From positions 50,986 through 114,985 of the forward strand of contig MCFE01000247.1 of the NCBI GenBank assembly GCA_002104905.1: DNA of 64,000 bases, in the 5' to 3' direction. A program made the translations under genes and the position numbers. The first letter of the stretch is position 1, and every line of letters begins with the position of its first letter. The notes under the pieces were generated by a model that ran no database searches, was not told the origin of the DNA, and was given only the letters and a program-made list of their open reading frames with translations. Below are positions 50,385-61,097 of this stretch, one piece after another. Source of the stretch: Basidiobolus meristosporus CBS 931.73. Taxonomy: Eukaryota > Fungi > Basidiobolomycota.

Positions 50385-51588
50385 TATTCAGATGAATGGT
50401 TATTCTTATCTACAGGTAGTTGATTGTAGTCAGCAGGCGTACCCAAAAATACTTAAGTGTCATAGAATAAACCATCACTAATTAACCCTTTGAACCTTAG
50501 TGTCTCCTGTTACTCACTCTTTTCCTGTGCATGTTGCTCATTTGCAATTGGATATGAAAAAGGTTATTATTACTAAAAGGAGGATTTATCCAAAAATATT
50601 CAAGCAATTCCTCTTCTACCACCCACTACAAATAACAAAAGAACTGCTAAAAACCATGGTTTGATTGCTTTCTGAAGCGCTTGTGCTGAGAAGAGAACCA
50701 GCATCTTTGCTAATATATTGTGTTTTTATGGCGTAATTGATCTATTGGTAACACCTCACTCTAAGGGTTGCAATTACGGAGTTTGGCCTACTGGGATGAT
50801 ATTGTAAGCAATGCAAGAGTTACAAATCCAGGTCTGTTTATGGCATTACAAGGACTGGGTGTATTTTAAAGCTTTTTATCACTTTTTACTCACACTCTAA
50901 CACTAACATACAGATTTGACTTTGGTTTGGTAGTTCAGATTGGCTTTGCAGCTTTCTTACAATGATATGTTACGATTTAAATCCTAACTAGTCACTACCA
51001 TTCACTTGAACACCTTGAATTGCACACTGACGATCAATCACACTCGGTGATACACACATTATTTAATACATCTTGGACCCTCCTTTTGGAAGCTTGCTCT
51101 ACGTTATCGGAAGCTCTCCTCCCAAGACTAGCTCTATATAAACCCCTCTAAACACTATCAATAAAGCATCAACCTTTCACCGGTTCATCAATGATTCAGA
51201 TAACCCTCTCGTATCGAATATCCTCCAATCCTTCTCCACTTACCATTGATTCATAACAGATTGCTACGGGGCTAACGGGGCCACGTAGTAAAGGATAGAA
51301 TTCAGAAGGTAGCGGTGTATTCGCCAAGGGGGAAGGGGACTGAATAAAAGACGGAGGTTTATTTAGAATATTGGGGATAGGGGGAATAGTCAAGGTCAAC
51401 ATTGGGATGATATTCTTCCTTCTAACTTAGGATCTATATCCAAAACCAACTGCCGACTCATAGAAATAGAGCTAGGTATATACATGGCTTTGGTCTGTTG
51501 TGTGGGATAATTATGTTTTCCTATTTAGGATTTGTCTCAGCCTTTCCTTCTTTTACGTTAGATTGTGTTTAACTGTGTAGCAAGATGT

Positions 51589-52324
51589 TACGTACTTAAA
51601 GAGTAATGTCCTTTAGAGAGTACGAAAAGGGATAAAGTGTATGTTATCTTGTAGATTCGACGGGGTAGTGTAAGAATATCTCTTTAAAAGGTTAGGGTGG
51701 TGACTTCGTAGCAATATATTCAAGCTAATATTCGTTCCAAATTTGCACAACGATGGGAGGGACCATACACAATAAGAAGAAAGCTACAAAAAGGAGGATA
51801 CCTACTACAAGATGATCAAGGAGAAGTCTTACAATTTGCAGTAAACATCGATCACTTACGGCCCTATAAAGACTCCGAGAAGCTGATACCCGAAATAAGC
51901 AAGGAAAGCACACATCGCGTACGGATATGGCATAATTAACGGAAGGAAGTCTCAAAAGGAAAATCTACGTGGAAGTAGATTAAGAAAGAGCCGGCCATCT
52001 GTTACAGAGTAAAGAGTCACTCGATGTTAAGTGACATCAACACATACAAAGACGACTTAGTACCCAGGGAAAAGCAAATCAAAGACAAATCACCAGACTC
52101 ACAATAAGGTATAAATACCAAACAAGCAATCAAATAAAGAGGAGTTTTTTGGTTATAGGCAGAAAAGCGTAGTAGGAACAAATATTAGCTTGAATATATT
52201 GCTACGAAGTCACCACCCTAACCTTTTAAAGAGATATTCTTACACTACCCCGTCGAATCTACAAGATAACATACACGTTATCCCTTTTCGTACTCTCTAA
52301 AGGACATTACTCTTTAAGTACGTA
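51589..52324. mobile_element. Non-autonomous DNA element with about 150-bp terminal inverted repeats (MITE / MULE-like)
   Basis: 51589-51738 is the near-perfect reverse complement of 52175-52324. The termini give a TA TSD, and AAGATGTTA also occurs on both flanks (51582-51590, 52329-52337). Confidence 0.85.
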
Positions 52325-52567
52325 TCAAAAGATGTTATGAAATCCAGGCCAGTTCCGTCCTTCTGTTTGGTGTAACAAGGTCTGTCCTTTATTTTAGCGT
52401 AGGATCTACTTTTTATACATTTCTCGATCATTTGCATACAACTTGTCTTACTTTAGCCCATCAGTCTTTGATCATCTTTGATGATTTTGGTGTTGACGCA
52501 TCTCTATATGCGACAACTTGCTGCCTGTTCTGGTCGGATTCAGACTTTCATAACAAAGATAAAAAGT

Positions 52568-52640
52568 GGCCTCGTAGCTCAGTGGATAGAGCGTCCGCCT
52601 CCTAAGCGGAAGGTCCCAGGTTCGACCCCTGGCTTGGTTA
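52568..52640 (+). tRNA. tRNA-Arg(CCT), with two acceptor-stem mismatches
   Basis: D arm GCTC/GAGC, anticodon arm TCCGC-CTCCTAA-GCGGA (CCT at 52601-52603), T arm CCAGG-TTCGACC-CCTGG. Acceptor GGCCTCG/CTTGGTT. Confidence 0.85.
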
Positions 52641-53213
52641 ATTTTGATCAATAGGAGATTGCTGTCTAACCAATCCAAGGGCAAAATCTCCGTAGGCTGG
52701 TAATGTGGCTTGATACTTACTGTTCACCAGCTTTTAATATTTGTTGATGGATAGCAAATATAAATTGCTGTGTATTTCCCTAGTTGAAATATTTGATCCC
52801 AATATTTCCCCGCAGGATTAGATGATTGTTTAGATACCGAAGTGTGCACCAACTGCAGCTCATACTAATACCATGAGGTAGTGTGCATTGGTAATACTAC
52901 GAGAGATTACTGTAGTATATGGATGCTATCTACAAGTGATATGCCAACCATTGTTGTTGGTGACATTCGTTGCTAACATATTGCAGGTTTTTTAATAATC
53001 AACGTACTGTTAGAGAAACCATGATGTAGTCATAAGGAATACAAGTAGGTTCCAGAGAGTACCTTCTGAATATGTACCAAAAACCATTGCGTTACTATCT
53101 GTACTACTGAGCAAGCAATCAACACATTGGCTCTTAAAACTGTATCATTCGTGCATTTCTCATCATTCAAATCCCCAAGAACTTTATTCAATCATATCCA
53201 TAAATCACATCCA

Positions 53214-53750
53214 CTAAGCACAATCTTCACTGCATTGAGTTTCTTCAACAGGCTCGGTGAATTGCTCAGTTTCATTTGCGCAGTCTTCAACACATTGGGT
53301 TTCCTCCACTGGCTCCAAGTACTCCACATTCTCATTTGGCTGTGTATAGACGTAAGGATACGGAGAGCTGTCTTCCAAATGCTCAGCTCCCTTCAGCCTA
53401 GTATACTCTGAGGCTCCAGTTGATCCCTCTAATTCGAGGCTGGGGCCTGCTTGATACTTGACATCCAGCCCTTTTCCGCTTTCTGCATGAGCAGTATTCA
53501 CGTTATCATGCTTCTGGGTGACGGTGGTGAACACCTGTCTCAGCAATGGTACCTTCGCCACTGGAGCTGATGGAAGTACAAAGGTTCTCGCATTATGGTA
53601 ACATGGTGCATTCTGTTGTCCGCATGGTACTCGGCGAAGATAAACCTTCTTGAAAGGCTGGGCGGAGGATGAAGTGTAGCCAGAGGGAACGGCAACAACT
53701 AACTCAAGAGTAACTAAGCTGACGATAGCTGCGAATGTAGTGAAGCGCAT
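53214..53750 (-). CDS. Small secreted protein with a duplicated C-terminal motif
   Basis: Signal peptide MRFTTFAAIVSLVTLELVVA. EPVEETQC(V/S)EDCA occurs twice. Confidence 0.65.
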   Translation of the reverse strand: MRFTTFAAIVSLVTLELVVAVPSGYTSSSAQPFKKVYLRRVPCGQQNAPCYHNARTFVLPSAPVAKVPLLRQVFTTVTQKHDNVNTAHAESGKGLDVKYQAGPSLELEGSTGASEYTRLKGAEHLEDSSPYPYVYTQPNENVEYLEPVEETQCVEDCANETEQFTEPVEETQCSEDCA

Positions 53751-54678
53751 GATTGATATACGTGACTTACGCTACAAGGATTCCTTATATATACGGCAAA
53801 GTCACCATATATTAGAGTTAAGGCATATTCTATAGTCATGTAATAAGCAATTATATTAAGCCACTAGATTAGCTTGCAATTTATTAGCGTATGATCTCAA
53901 CTCAACTGCCAATTAATTCATCTTTTAGTTCTGGATCTTGAAGTGAGAAAGTGAATTATGCGACAAAAGATCCATCAAGTACTGACATTACAACACAGAA
54001 TTAACTCTGGTTATGTATCACACTTATTTCTAGGGCCTTTCGGAACTCTCATTGCAATAAAAAAGATAATTTACAAGCTATAAACAAATTATAATGCAAG
54101 AAAACAAGTATTATATACTCATACTGTTGCATAGTATATATATTGATCAGGGCTAAAGTAGTATATCCAGGCTGTGTGATTTCTTAGTCAGAGTTGACTT
54201 TCTTTTGTTTGCTGGCAGATGTATCCATTTGCATATAAACCTTTGCAGGTAACTTCTCCTATGAGTAACATGCAAAGAAGTTACCAAAGGGAAATGTTTG
54301 TGGGAAAGGAAGGCACTCCTAGGCAAAGATTATGCCATGGAAAAGTGCTAAGGGATTGCATATCTCTACCACTATTTGAATTAGGGTCAAGGCAAGGGGG
54401 TATGATAGTCAGAATGAATGAATCTTTATTTACCTAGGGCAGATATGCACAGAAGCCAAATTAATCCAAAGCTATGCCTAGAGATATTTTGGTGTCTGGA
54501 GCAGAGGTAGACCAGTTAGTCTGGACACCTTTAATCAGTTTAGGGTTAGTGGAGTTGAAATAATGACCAACAGAGGAATTGTCTACCTCAATAACTCAAA
54601 ATGAAGTAGCAAGTGCCAAGTTGGAGGCTTTCTTACAAGTTGATCAAGGGAAGGTTAATTTTGTGTTGGCCTATCTGG

Positions 54679-55350
54679 TATTGTAAATTTTGTAATCACA
54701 CCTAAATATTGACCTAACTTGACCACTTAAGTTGTAGTCTACAAATTTTAGTGAATTCTGGCCAAATTCCTGAAAAGATATACATGAAATATTTGCACCA
54801 AATATAAGGTACCCAGAACACATAGTTCCCCAAGACTACCCATACAGCCCCAAACTCTGCAAATATACTCCTTGGGCCTTCTCATACATACTCTGCATGC
54901 TTGTTCTGCAAAGTTCATATAAAGGTATAAATACTACTTTTGCATTCTTTGAATCATCAAGTGAGGTCAAATCATATACCTGTTCTGCCATTCACTTCTA
55001 ACTATTATAAAAATTTGTAATTTCACCTAAATACTCACCCAACTTAGTCACATAGATCATTACCTTCAGATCCTAGAGAATACTGACCAAATTACTTGTT
55101 GGGATTTACTTAGGATATTTTCACCAAAATATCAGGTACCCAGATCATGAAAATCCTCAAGGTAGTCCAAACAGCCTCAAACTTTGCACACATATTCTTG
55201 GGACCTTCCTAAACTTATTCTACATGTTTGCTATGCCAAGACCATGTAAAAGTACAAATACAACTTTCATATTCAATAAATTATTGATGAAGACCATATA
55301 ATCTACCGGTTCTCCAAATCACTTCCAATATCTCCAAGACTTTTTCAACA
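54679..55350 (+). repeat. Two tandem copia-family LTRs (about 54679-55000, diverged; 55003-55350)
   Basis: Both align to the LTR consensus (CACCTAAATA..CACC.AACTT...; ...CTCCAAGAC...CAACA). Confidence 0.8.
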
Positions 55351-55364
55351 AGATCCATCCATCT

Positions 55365-56040
55365 TTCAGCAGAGGGAAAAGCTCCATAATAGCAGTAGTA
55401 GACATTGCAGAGAGTGACAGCTTTGGGGCTCATCACCTGTTGTCAGAGTCTTGGAGATATTGGAAGTGAGTTGGAGAACAGGTAGAGTATGTGGTTTTAC
55501 TTGATGATCTATTGAATATAAAAGTAGTATTTGTACTTTTACATGGTCTTGGCATACAAAGCACATAGAATGGGTTTATGAAGGTCCAAAGAACATGTGT
55601 GCAAAGTCTGGGGCTGTTTGAGCAACTTTGAGAATTTTCATGTTCTGGGCACTTGATATTTGGTGAAAGAATTCTAAGTAAATGCCAACAAGGATTTTTG
55701 CCAGTATTCTCTAGGATTTGGAGGTAACAATCTAAGTGACTAAGTTGGGTGAGTAATTAGGTGGAATTATGAGTTTTTACAATACTCTGGCTCAGCTAAA
55801 TGTTCATACTGACTAGTCCTAATTTTGACTTAAAATATTCAAACTTGTCTCTAGCTAACGTTTGGTATATATGTCTGCAATAATTTTGTCTGCAGAGCAG
55901 TAAGCTTAGTTAACCAGTCTATTCTCTATAGCTTCATATATGAAATGGTGTCTAATATCTATGTGCTTAGTTCTAGCATGAAAAGCTAGATATCTACCTA
56001 ATTTTTATACATCCTTAATTATCTTGAAATATAGTAATAC
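55365..56040 (-). mobile_element. Copia fragment: RNase H end - LTR (55438-55784) - PBS - gag start
   Basis: 55790-56040 matches the RNase H end at 113-360. The PBS variant GGTGATGAGCCC and gag codons follow the same LTR. Confidence 0.8.
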
Positions 56041-56050
56041 ATATTTTTTT

Positions 56051-56669
56051 TGTTGTAAAAGTTCTTAGTTCCACCTAGATATTCACCTAATTTAGTCCCT
56101 TAGATCACTATCCTCAAATCCTAGAGAATACTGACCAAATTCCTTGCTGGGATCTACTTGGAATATTTCACCAAAATACCAGGTACCCAGAACATGAAAA
56201 TTCTCAAAGTTGTCCTAACAGCCCCAAACTTTGCACACATGCTCTTGTGACCTTCCGCAACCTATACTATGTGTTTTTTATGCCAAGACCATGTAAAAGT
56301 ACAATTACTACTTTTACATTCAATGAATCAGTAAGTGAAAACTACATAATCTACTTGTCCTCCCAATCACTTCAAATATCTCCAAGACTATTACAACAGG
56401 TTATGAGCCCTAAGCTGTCACTCTCTGCAATATCTACTACTGCTTTACTGGAACTTTTTCCTCTGCTGAAAAGTTGGATGGATCCAACTACCAAGTGTGG
56501 AAGGTGAAGATGAAGATGCTGCTATAAGAAAGAGGACTTTATGATATTGTCATGGGAGAAGAATGCCCTCCTAAAAACATGGGAGAGGGAGCCTTGAAGT
56601 ACCAAAAGAAAGAACAAAGTGCCTTTAACTGCATTTGCTGCAATGTTAAGGACAAATTGCTAATTCAAT
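56051..56669 (+). mobile_element. Copia 5' end (LTR 56051-56398, PBS 56399-56411, gag start), truncated by the non-LTR array
   Basis: TGTTGTAAAA...ACAACA-GGTTATGAGCCCT. gag (EECPPKNMGEGALKYQKKEQSAF) stops abruptly at ...CTAATTCAAT|TTAGG. Confidence 0.88.
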
Positions 56670-57456
56670 TTAGGAGAGGGAAAGTCACCAAATTGGTGAA
56701 ATCTTTATTTGAGTCAAAAACTCATCTAAGTACAAATAAAGAAGCCAATTAGGAAGTCCAGATCCTCCCTAATAAGTAGTCTAATTTATCATTTTGTTTC
56801 ATCTCTAATGTTTGTTTCAATAAAGTAAAACTCATCAGGGGTAAATATAAAATTCAAGGGTTTTGGGGGGAGTACAAATTGTAGATGTTTCTGATCTATA
56901 TAATCCAAGACTGGAACCCAGCCTGAGATAAGGTGTAGTTGGAAAAATGTATTGACTTGTAAGTAGCTCTGCCACATAGATCTTAGATGGTCTTGTACCA
57001 GTAGTCTTGATTTCCTAGCTTTTTTAAGTTTTGAAGCGTGCTCTGCTACTACAGCAGAGCCAACCAGGGTGTGCCAGCAAGAAGATATCAGGGAGGAGTT
57101 AGATTTAAGCCATTGTTTGATGGAGGGGTTATGTGATTTCTGAAGTTTCACCAGGAAGGAAGCATGGAGGTAGACCATTTGGATTTGGTATGGGTAGAAC
57201 CCAAAGGCTCCATTAGTAGCATGAATATAGGGAGATACTGGAAGATAAGGTACCAAGGATCTGATACACTGATGGAGATATTTATCCAGGCGGTGAAGTT
57301 CTCTGGAGGTTAGGGGGATAATATGGAGACCAAGTTCAAGTACCAGCAGTACATACTGCTTCATAAGTATAGGGATCTTTTGAATTGGAGTTTCTGGAGT
57401 GACTACTACCAGAAGCTTTTTAAGAGCCTGTTGGGCAAGATAGATCCTATTGTTTA
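56670..57456 (-). mobile_element. 5'-truncated non-LTR retrotransposon, family B (3' end)
   Basis: ORF 56789-57493 (RIYLAQQALKKLL...GAFGFYPYQI) is a diverged homologue of the family A C-terminus (RIILARQALHKLL...GAFGFMPYKI). It ends in the shared 3' motif. Confidence 0.85.
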
Positions 57457-57879
57457 GGTTAGGGGGGAGGGTTAGGGGGGAGACAGTCACCAACAGGTGA
57501 AATCTTTATTTCAGTTGAAACAAAGAAGCCAGCGCTACTGTTGTAGCTTTGATACAAGAGTGTGTAGCTGAGGGGAATTTGTAGGTAAGTTAATAAGAAG
57601 TGATGATAGTTCATCAGTGCTCATGACACTGTTCAGTGGGAAAGGGGGTAGCAAGAGAGGTAAGAATGACTTGTGAACAACATTAATGAGGGGAATGTGA
57701 TAAGGATTGATATTCATCATAAAGGGAGTGTGCTGCTGCAGATATTGCTGCCAAAGGTCTGTCAAGTACTTCAGGTAGGCCAGCTTGGGTTTTTCTGACT
57801 GCAGAATAAATTCAGCAAACTTCTTGACTTCAGGATCTCCAAGTATAGTTCTCCAGCAGGAGCCAGGTGTAGTGTGGTG
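57457..57879 (-). mobile_element. 5'-truncated (about 410 bp) copy of LINE family A, including the TTAGGG-like junction
   Basis: Near-identical to the 3' ends of the copies at 57882-60480 and 61098-64000. Confidence 0.9.
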
Positions 57880-60480
57880 GGTTAGGGGGAGACAGTCACC
57901 AACAGGTGAAATCTTTATTTCAGTTGAAACAAAGAAGCCAGCGCTACTGTTGTAGCTTTGAAACAAGAGTGTGTAGCTGAGGGGAATTTGTAGGTAAGTT
58001 AATAAGAAGTGATGATAGTTCTTCAGTGCTCAAGACACTGTTCAGTGGGAAGGGGGGTAGCAAGAGAGGTAAGAATGACTTGTGAACAACATTAATGAGG
58101 GGAATGTGATAAGGATTGATATTCATCATAAAGGGAGTGTGCTGCTGCAGATATTGCTGCCAAAGGTCTGTCAAGTACTTCAGGTAGGCCAGCTTGGGTT
58201 TTTCTGACTGCAGAATATAGTGAGCAAACTTCTTGACTTCAGGATCTCCAAGTATTGTTCTCCAGCAGGAGTCAGGTGTAGTGTGGTGTGTTCTCTTCCA
58301 GGCCTTAATCAGTGGGTTGTTGCAGTTGTGAAGTCTGAGGTATAATCTGGTTCTAAGGTAGAGAAGTCTGATCTTATAGGGCATAAACCCAAAAGCACCA
58401 AGAATAGCATGTCTGTAGGGGCATTCAGGCAAATGAGGCACCAAGGAGGTAATGCACCATACTGCAAACTTGTCAAGCTTAGTGCAGTCTCTAGAAGTAA
58501 TAGAGAGAAGCGGTAAGCCAAATTCCAGGACAGGGAAGACAAACTGCTTGAGTAGAAGGAGGCAGCTGGGAGCTGAAGTTGTAGGAGGAGTAACAGCCAG
58601 TAGCTTGTGGAGTGCCTGTCTTGCCAGGATAATTCTCTTTTTCAGGTGTGCTCCAGAGTCTAGTCCAGTAGGAAGGAAAGGAAAGCCAAGATATGTAGCA
58701 GAAACCTGAGCAGGTAGAGTGGAGTTCTCCAAGTTGATGGGAGAGCCCAAAGGTACTGTCTTTGCAATGGAAAGCTGGAGATTATTCTTCTGCAGATACT
58801 GGTGGATGGTCTGGGAGTCTTGTTGCACATTGGAGGAGGATATTCTGATGTCATCAGCAAAGAGAGTAACCAGGCAGTCAGCTGAGAGTCTTGGGAAATC
58901 ATTCAGAAAGATGGCAAACAGTATAGGACCAAGCACAGAGCCATGAACCACTCCATTAGGAACTGAGAACACAGCTGTTTGCTCACTTGGGTGCAGAATT
59001 CTTGCTTGTGGATCCAGAAACAGAGACCTGACAAGGAGGGTGAGAGAGGTACTGGAGAAGCATTGCAACTTGGACCAAAGCAGATTTCTGTCAACTGAAT
59101 CAAAGGCCTTAGTAATATCAAACAGAACTGAGGGATACTTGCACTGGAGAGAGTGATCTTGGCTAAGTATGACTGCATATTCCAAGGAGAGGCCAGGAAC
59201 AAAGCCAAACTGTGCAGGATGAAACTTGAGGGAATCAGAGTAGAGCTCCTGCGCAAGCAGAAGCTCAAACATCTTTCTGCAGGTGGGCAGCAGAGATATT
59301 GGCCTGTAGGAGCTAGGATCCAGGTGCTTTCCTTTACCCTTGTACAGTGGCAGAACATTTGCAAAGGACCATTCCTCAGGAGTAGAAAGCTGGGCTGAGC
59401 ATTGCTCAAACAGTGGAAGTAGAAGTGCAGACATGGCCTTGGTACTAGTCTTCAGAAGCTCATAAGAGATTGTGCCCACACCTGGAGCAGTAGAGTTGGG
59501 AAGCCTCTTGAGCACATTATGGATTCTCCTTTGATCAAGTGCAAGTGGGATGGGCAGAGTCTTGAAGTCAGGATGAAAGCCAGGAGTTGAGTACTGCTTT
59601 GTAGAGAAGAAGATGTTAGCCAGCTGTTCTGTTGAAGGTAACTTCCTGGAAGAGGGCCTCATTGCCCTGTAGAGTCTTGATACTGTTCTTGTTATAGAGT
59701 TGGAAGATTGCAGAGGCAAAGAACTCATAATATGATCCCAGAGCTGAGTATGCAGAGTGTGGTGAATTGCCTTGGAGTGGTGTATTGCTGTCAGGAGGAG
59801 TTTCTCTGTTTTTGGGTTAGGGAAACTCAGGTAGCTTTGTTGCAGGGCTGAAGCAATGGATTCCCATTTTCTTGAGGTAACAGCAGTAGTCTTGCATGGC
59901 AGTGAGAGGGAGGCAGACACCAGAATCAGATGCTTCACAAAGAGCCAGGCATAGTTAGGATCATCTGGCAGAGAAAGTAGCCAACTGGCAAGCTTCAAGT
60001 AGTTCCCAAAGTCTTTCTTCTGATTCTTGGTAGCTTTGTGGGTGAGCACAGTAAGTTTTGGCAGCTTCTTCTTCACAACTGGTTGCATAGAAAGGGACCA
60101 GGCTGGGTGGTCAGAGGCTCTCAAGGATCCTAGCTCAGCTCCAGAGAATTGCTTAACTTCATTCACAAAGTAGAGGGCAGCAGCAGAAGGGCAGATCCAG
60201 TCAACACATCTTTTCTCAGATTGAGCACCTAGTGCTAGCAGGTGGCTTTCTCTCAGGAAGTTCAGTAGGAATGTAGACCTTGGCTTCATTCTTGCAGTCA
60301 GAGTAGTCTTGTTCTCAGGATGGGGAATGTTGAGATCTCCAAGCAAGATAACAGGTGTTGATATAGATTGTTGGTATTGCTGAACCTTCTGGCATATAAC
60401 TTGCACTTCCTGAAGGCAAGACTTGGAGGCAGATAGCAGAGCACCAGACTGATAGTTGGCAACTGGAGAGCAGCACAGTA
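57880..60480 (-). mobile_element. LINE family A copy 1 (5'-truncated inside the APE endonuclease; 820-codon open frame)
   Basis: APE motifs ILLGDLN, VDWI and SDH. RT motifs APGV..ISY, YRPISLL, QFGF, FDITKAFDSV, GVVHGSVLGP, LFADD and YLG. Confidence 0.93.
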
Positions 60481-60591
60481 GGGAGGTTAGGGGAGGAAAG
60501 TCACCAAGTGGTGAAATCTTTATTTACTATGACAAGTATCTAAAGAAGCCAAGTTAATCTGAAGTAATTCCTAGAAAGCTAGGTCTGAGAG
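60481..60591 (-). mobile_element. 5'-truncated SINE copy (about 100 bp of 3' end plus tail)
   Basis: Near-identical to 60612-60712. Carries the shared 3' motif. Confidence 0.8.
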
Positions 60592-61097
60592 TTAGGTTAG
60601 GGTTAGGTAGGGAGGAAAGTCACCAAGTGGTGAAATCTTTATTTACTTATGACAAGTATCTAAAGAAGCCAAGTTAATCTGAAGTTATTCCTAGAAAGCT
60701 AGGTCTGAGAGTTGAGAAGCTAAGTGGTACTATATTTCCTAGTTAGCTAGGTCTGAGAGAGGTTTCCTGGAAAGCCAGGCCTGAGAAGTGAGAATCTGAA
60801 TATATCTGAGCTAAGTTATACTGGTTTGCGGTAGCTGAATTGTGGCCAGAATGGCCAGTAGACTGGGGGAACTGAGATGTATTTCTGGGCGATCACTGGC
60901 CAAATTTACTAGGCAAATCTGGCCGAGTAGCATTTCAAGGATTTCAGCCAATCAGAGCCTTTACTTTGCCCGATGGTTGATCAAGCCATCTCCCAATGAG
61001 CACACATCAATTTATTAATCATATTTTGCTGGATCCAGGATTTGAACCCACAACCATGGGTATGGAAGGGTTAGGGATAACCACAAGGCTAAGGTGG
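60592..61097 (-). mobile_element. tRNA-derived SINE (about 490 bp) with a LINE-like 3' end
   Basis: A-box TAGCCTTGTGG (61091-61081), B-box GGTTCAAATCC (61048-61038), non-coding body, and a 3' end shared with LINE families A and B. Confidence 0.75.

Noticed and set aside
57485-57510. CACC-AACA-GGTG-AAA looks like hammerhead ribozyme stem II plus GAAA, as in Penelope-like elements
   Set aside because: No CUGANGA core precedes it on either strand, and the elements encode APE+LINE-type RT rather than PLE RT/GIY-YIG.
59815-59822. GGGTTAGGG inside the LINE-A ORF (also about 63030)
   Set aside because: It encodes FPNP within the conserved frame of both copies and is not a junction.
60481-60712. 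About 120-bp direct repeat with a palindromic core, superficially CRISPR- or satellite-like
   Set aside because: The units are full and truncated copies of one SINE 3' end, with no unique spacers, in a eukaryotic context.
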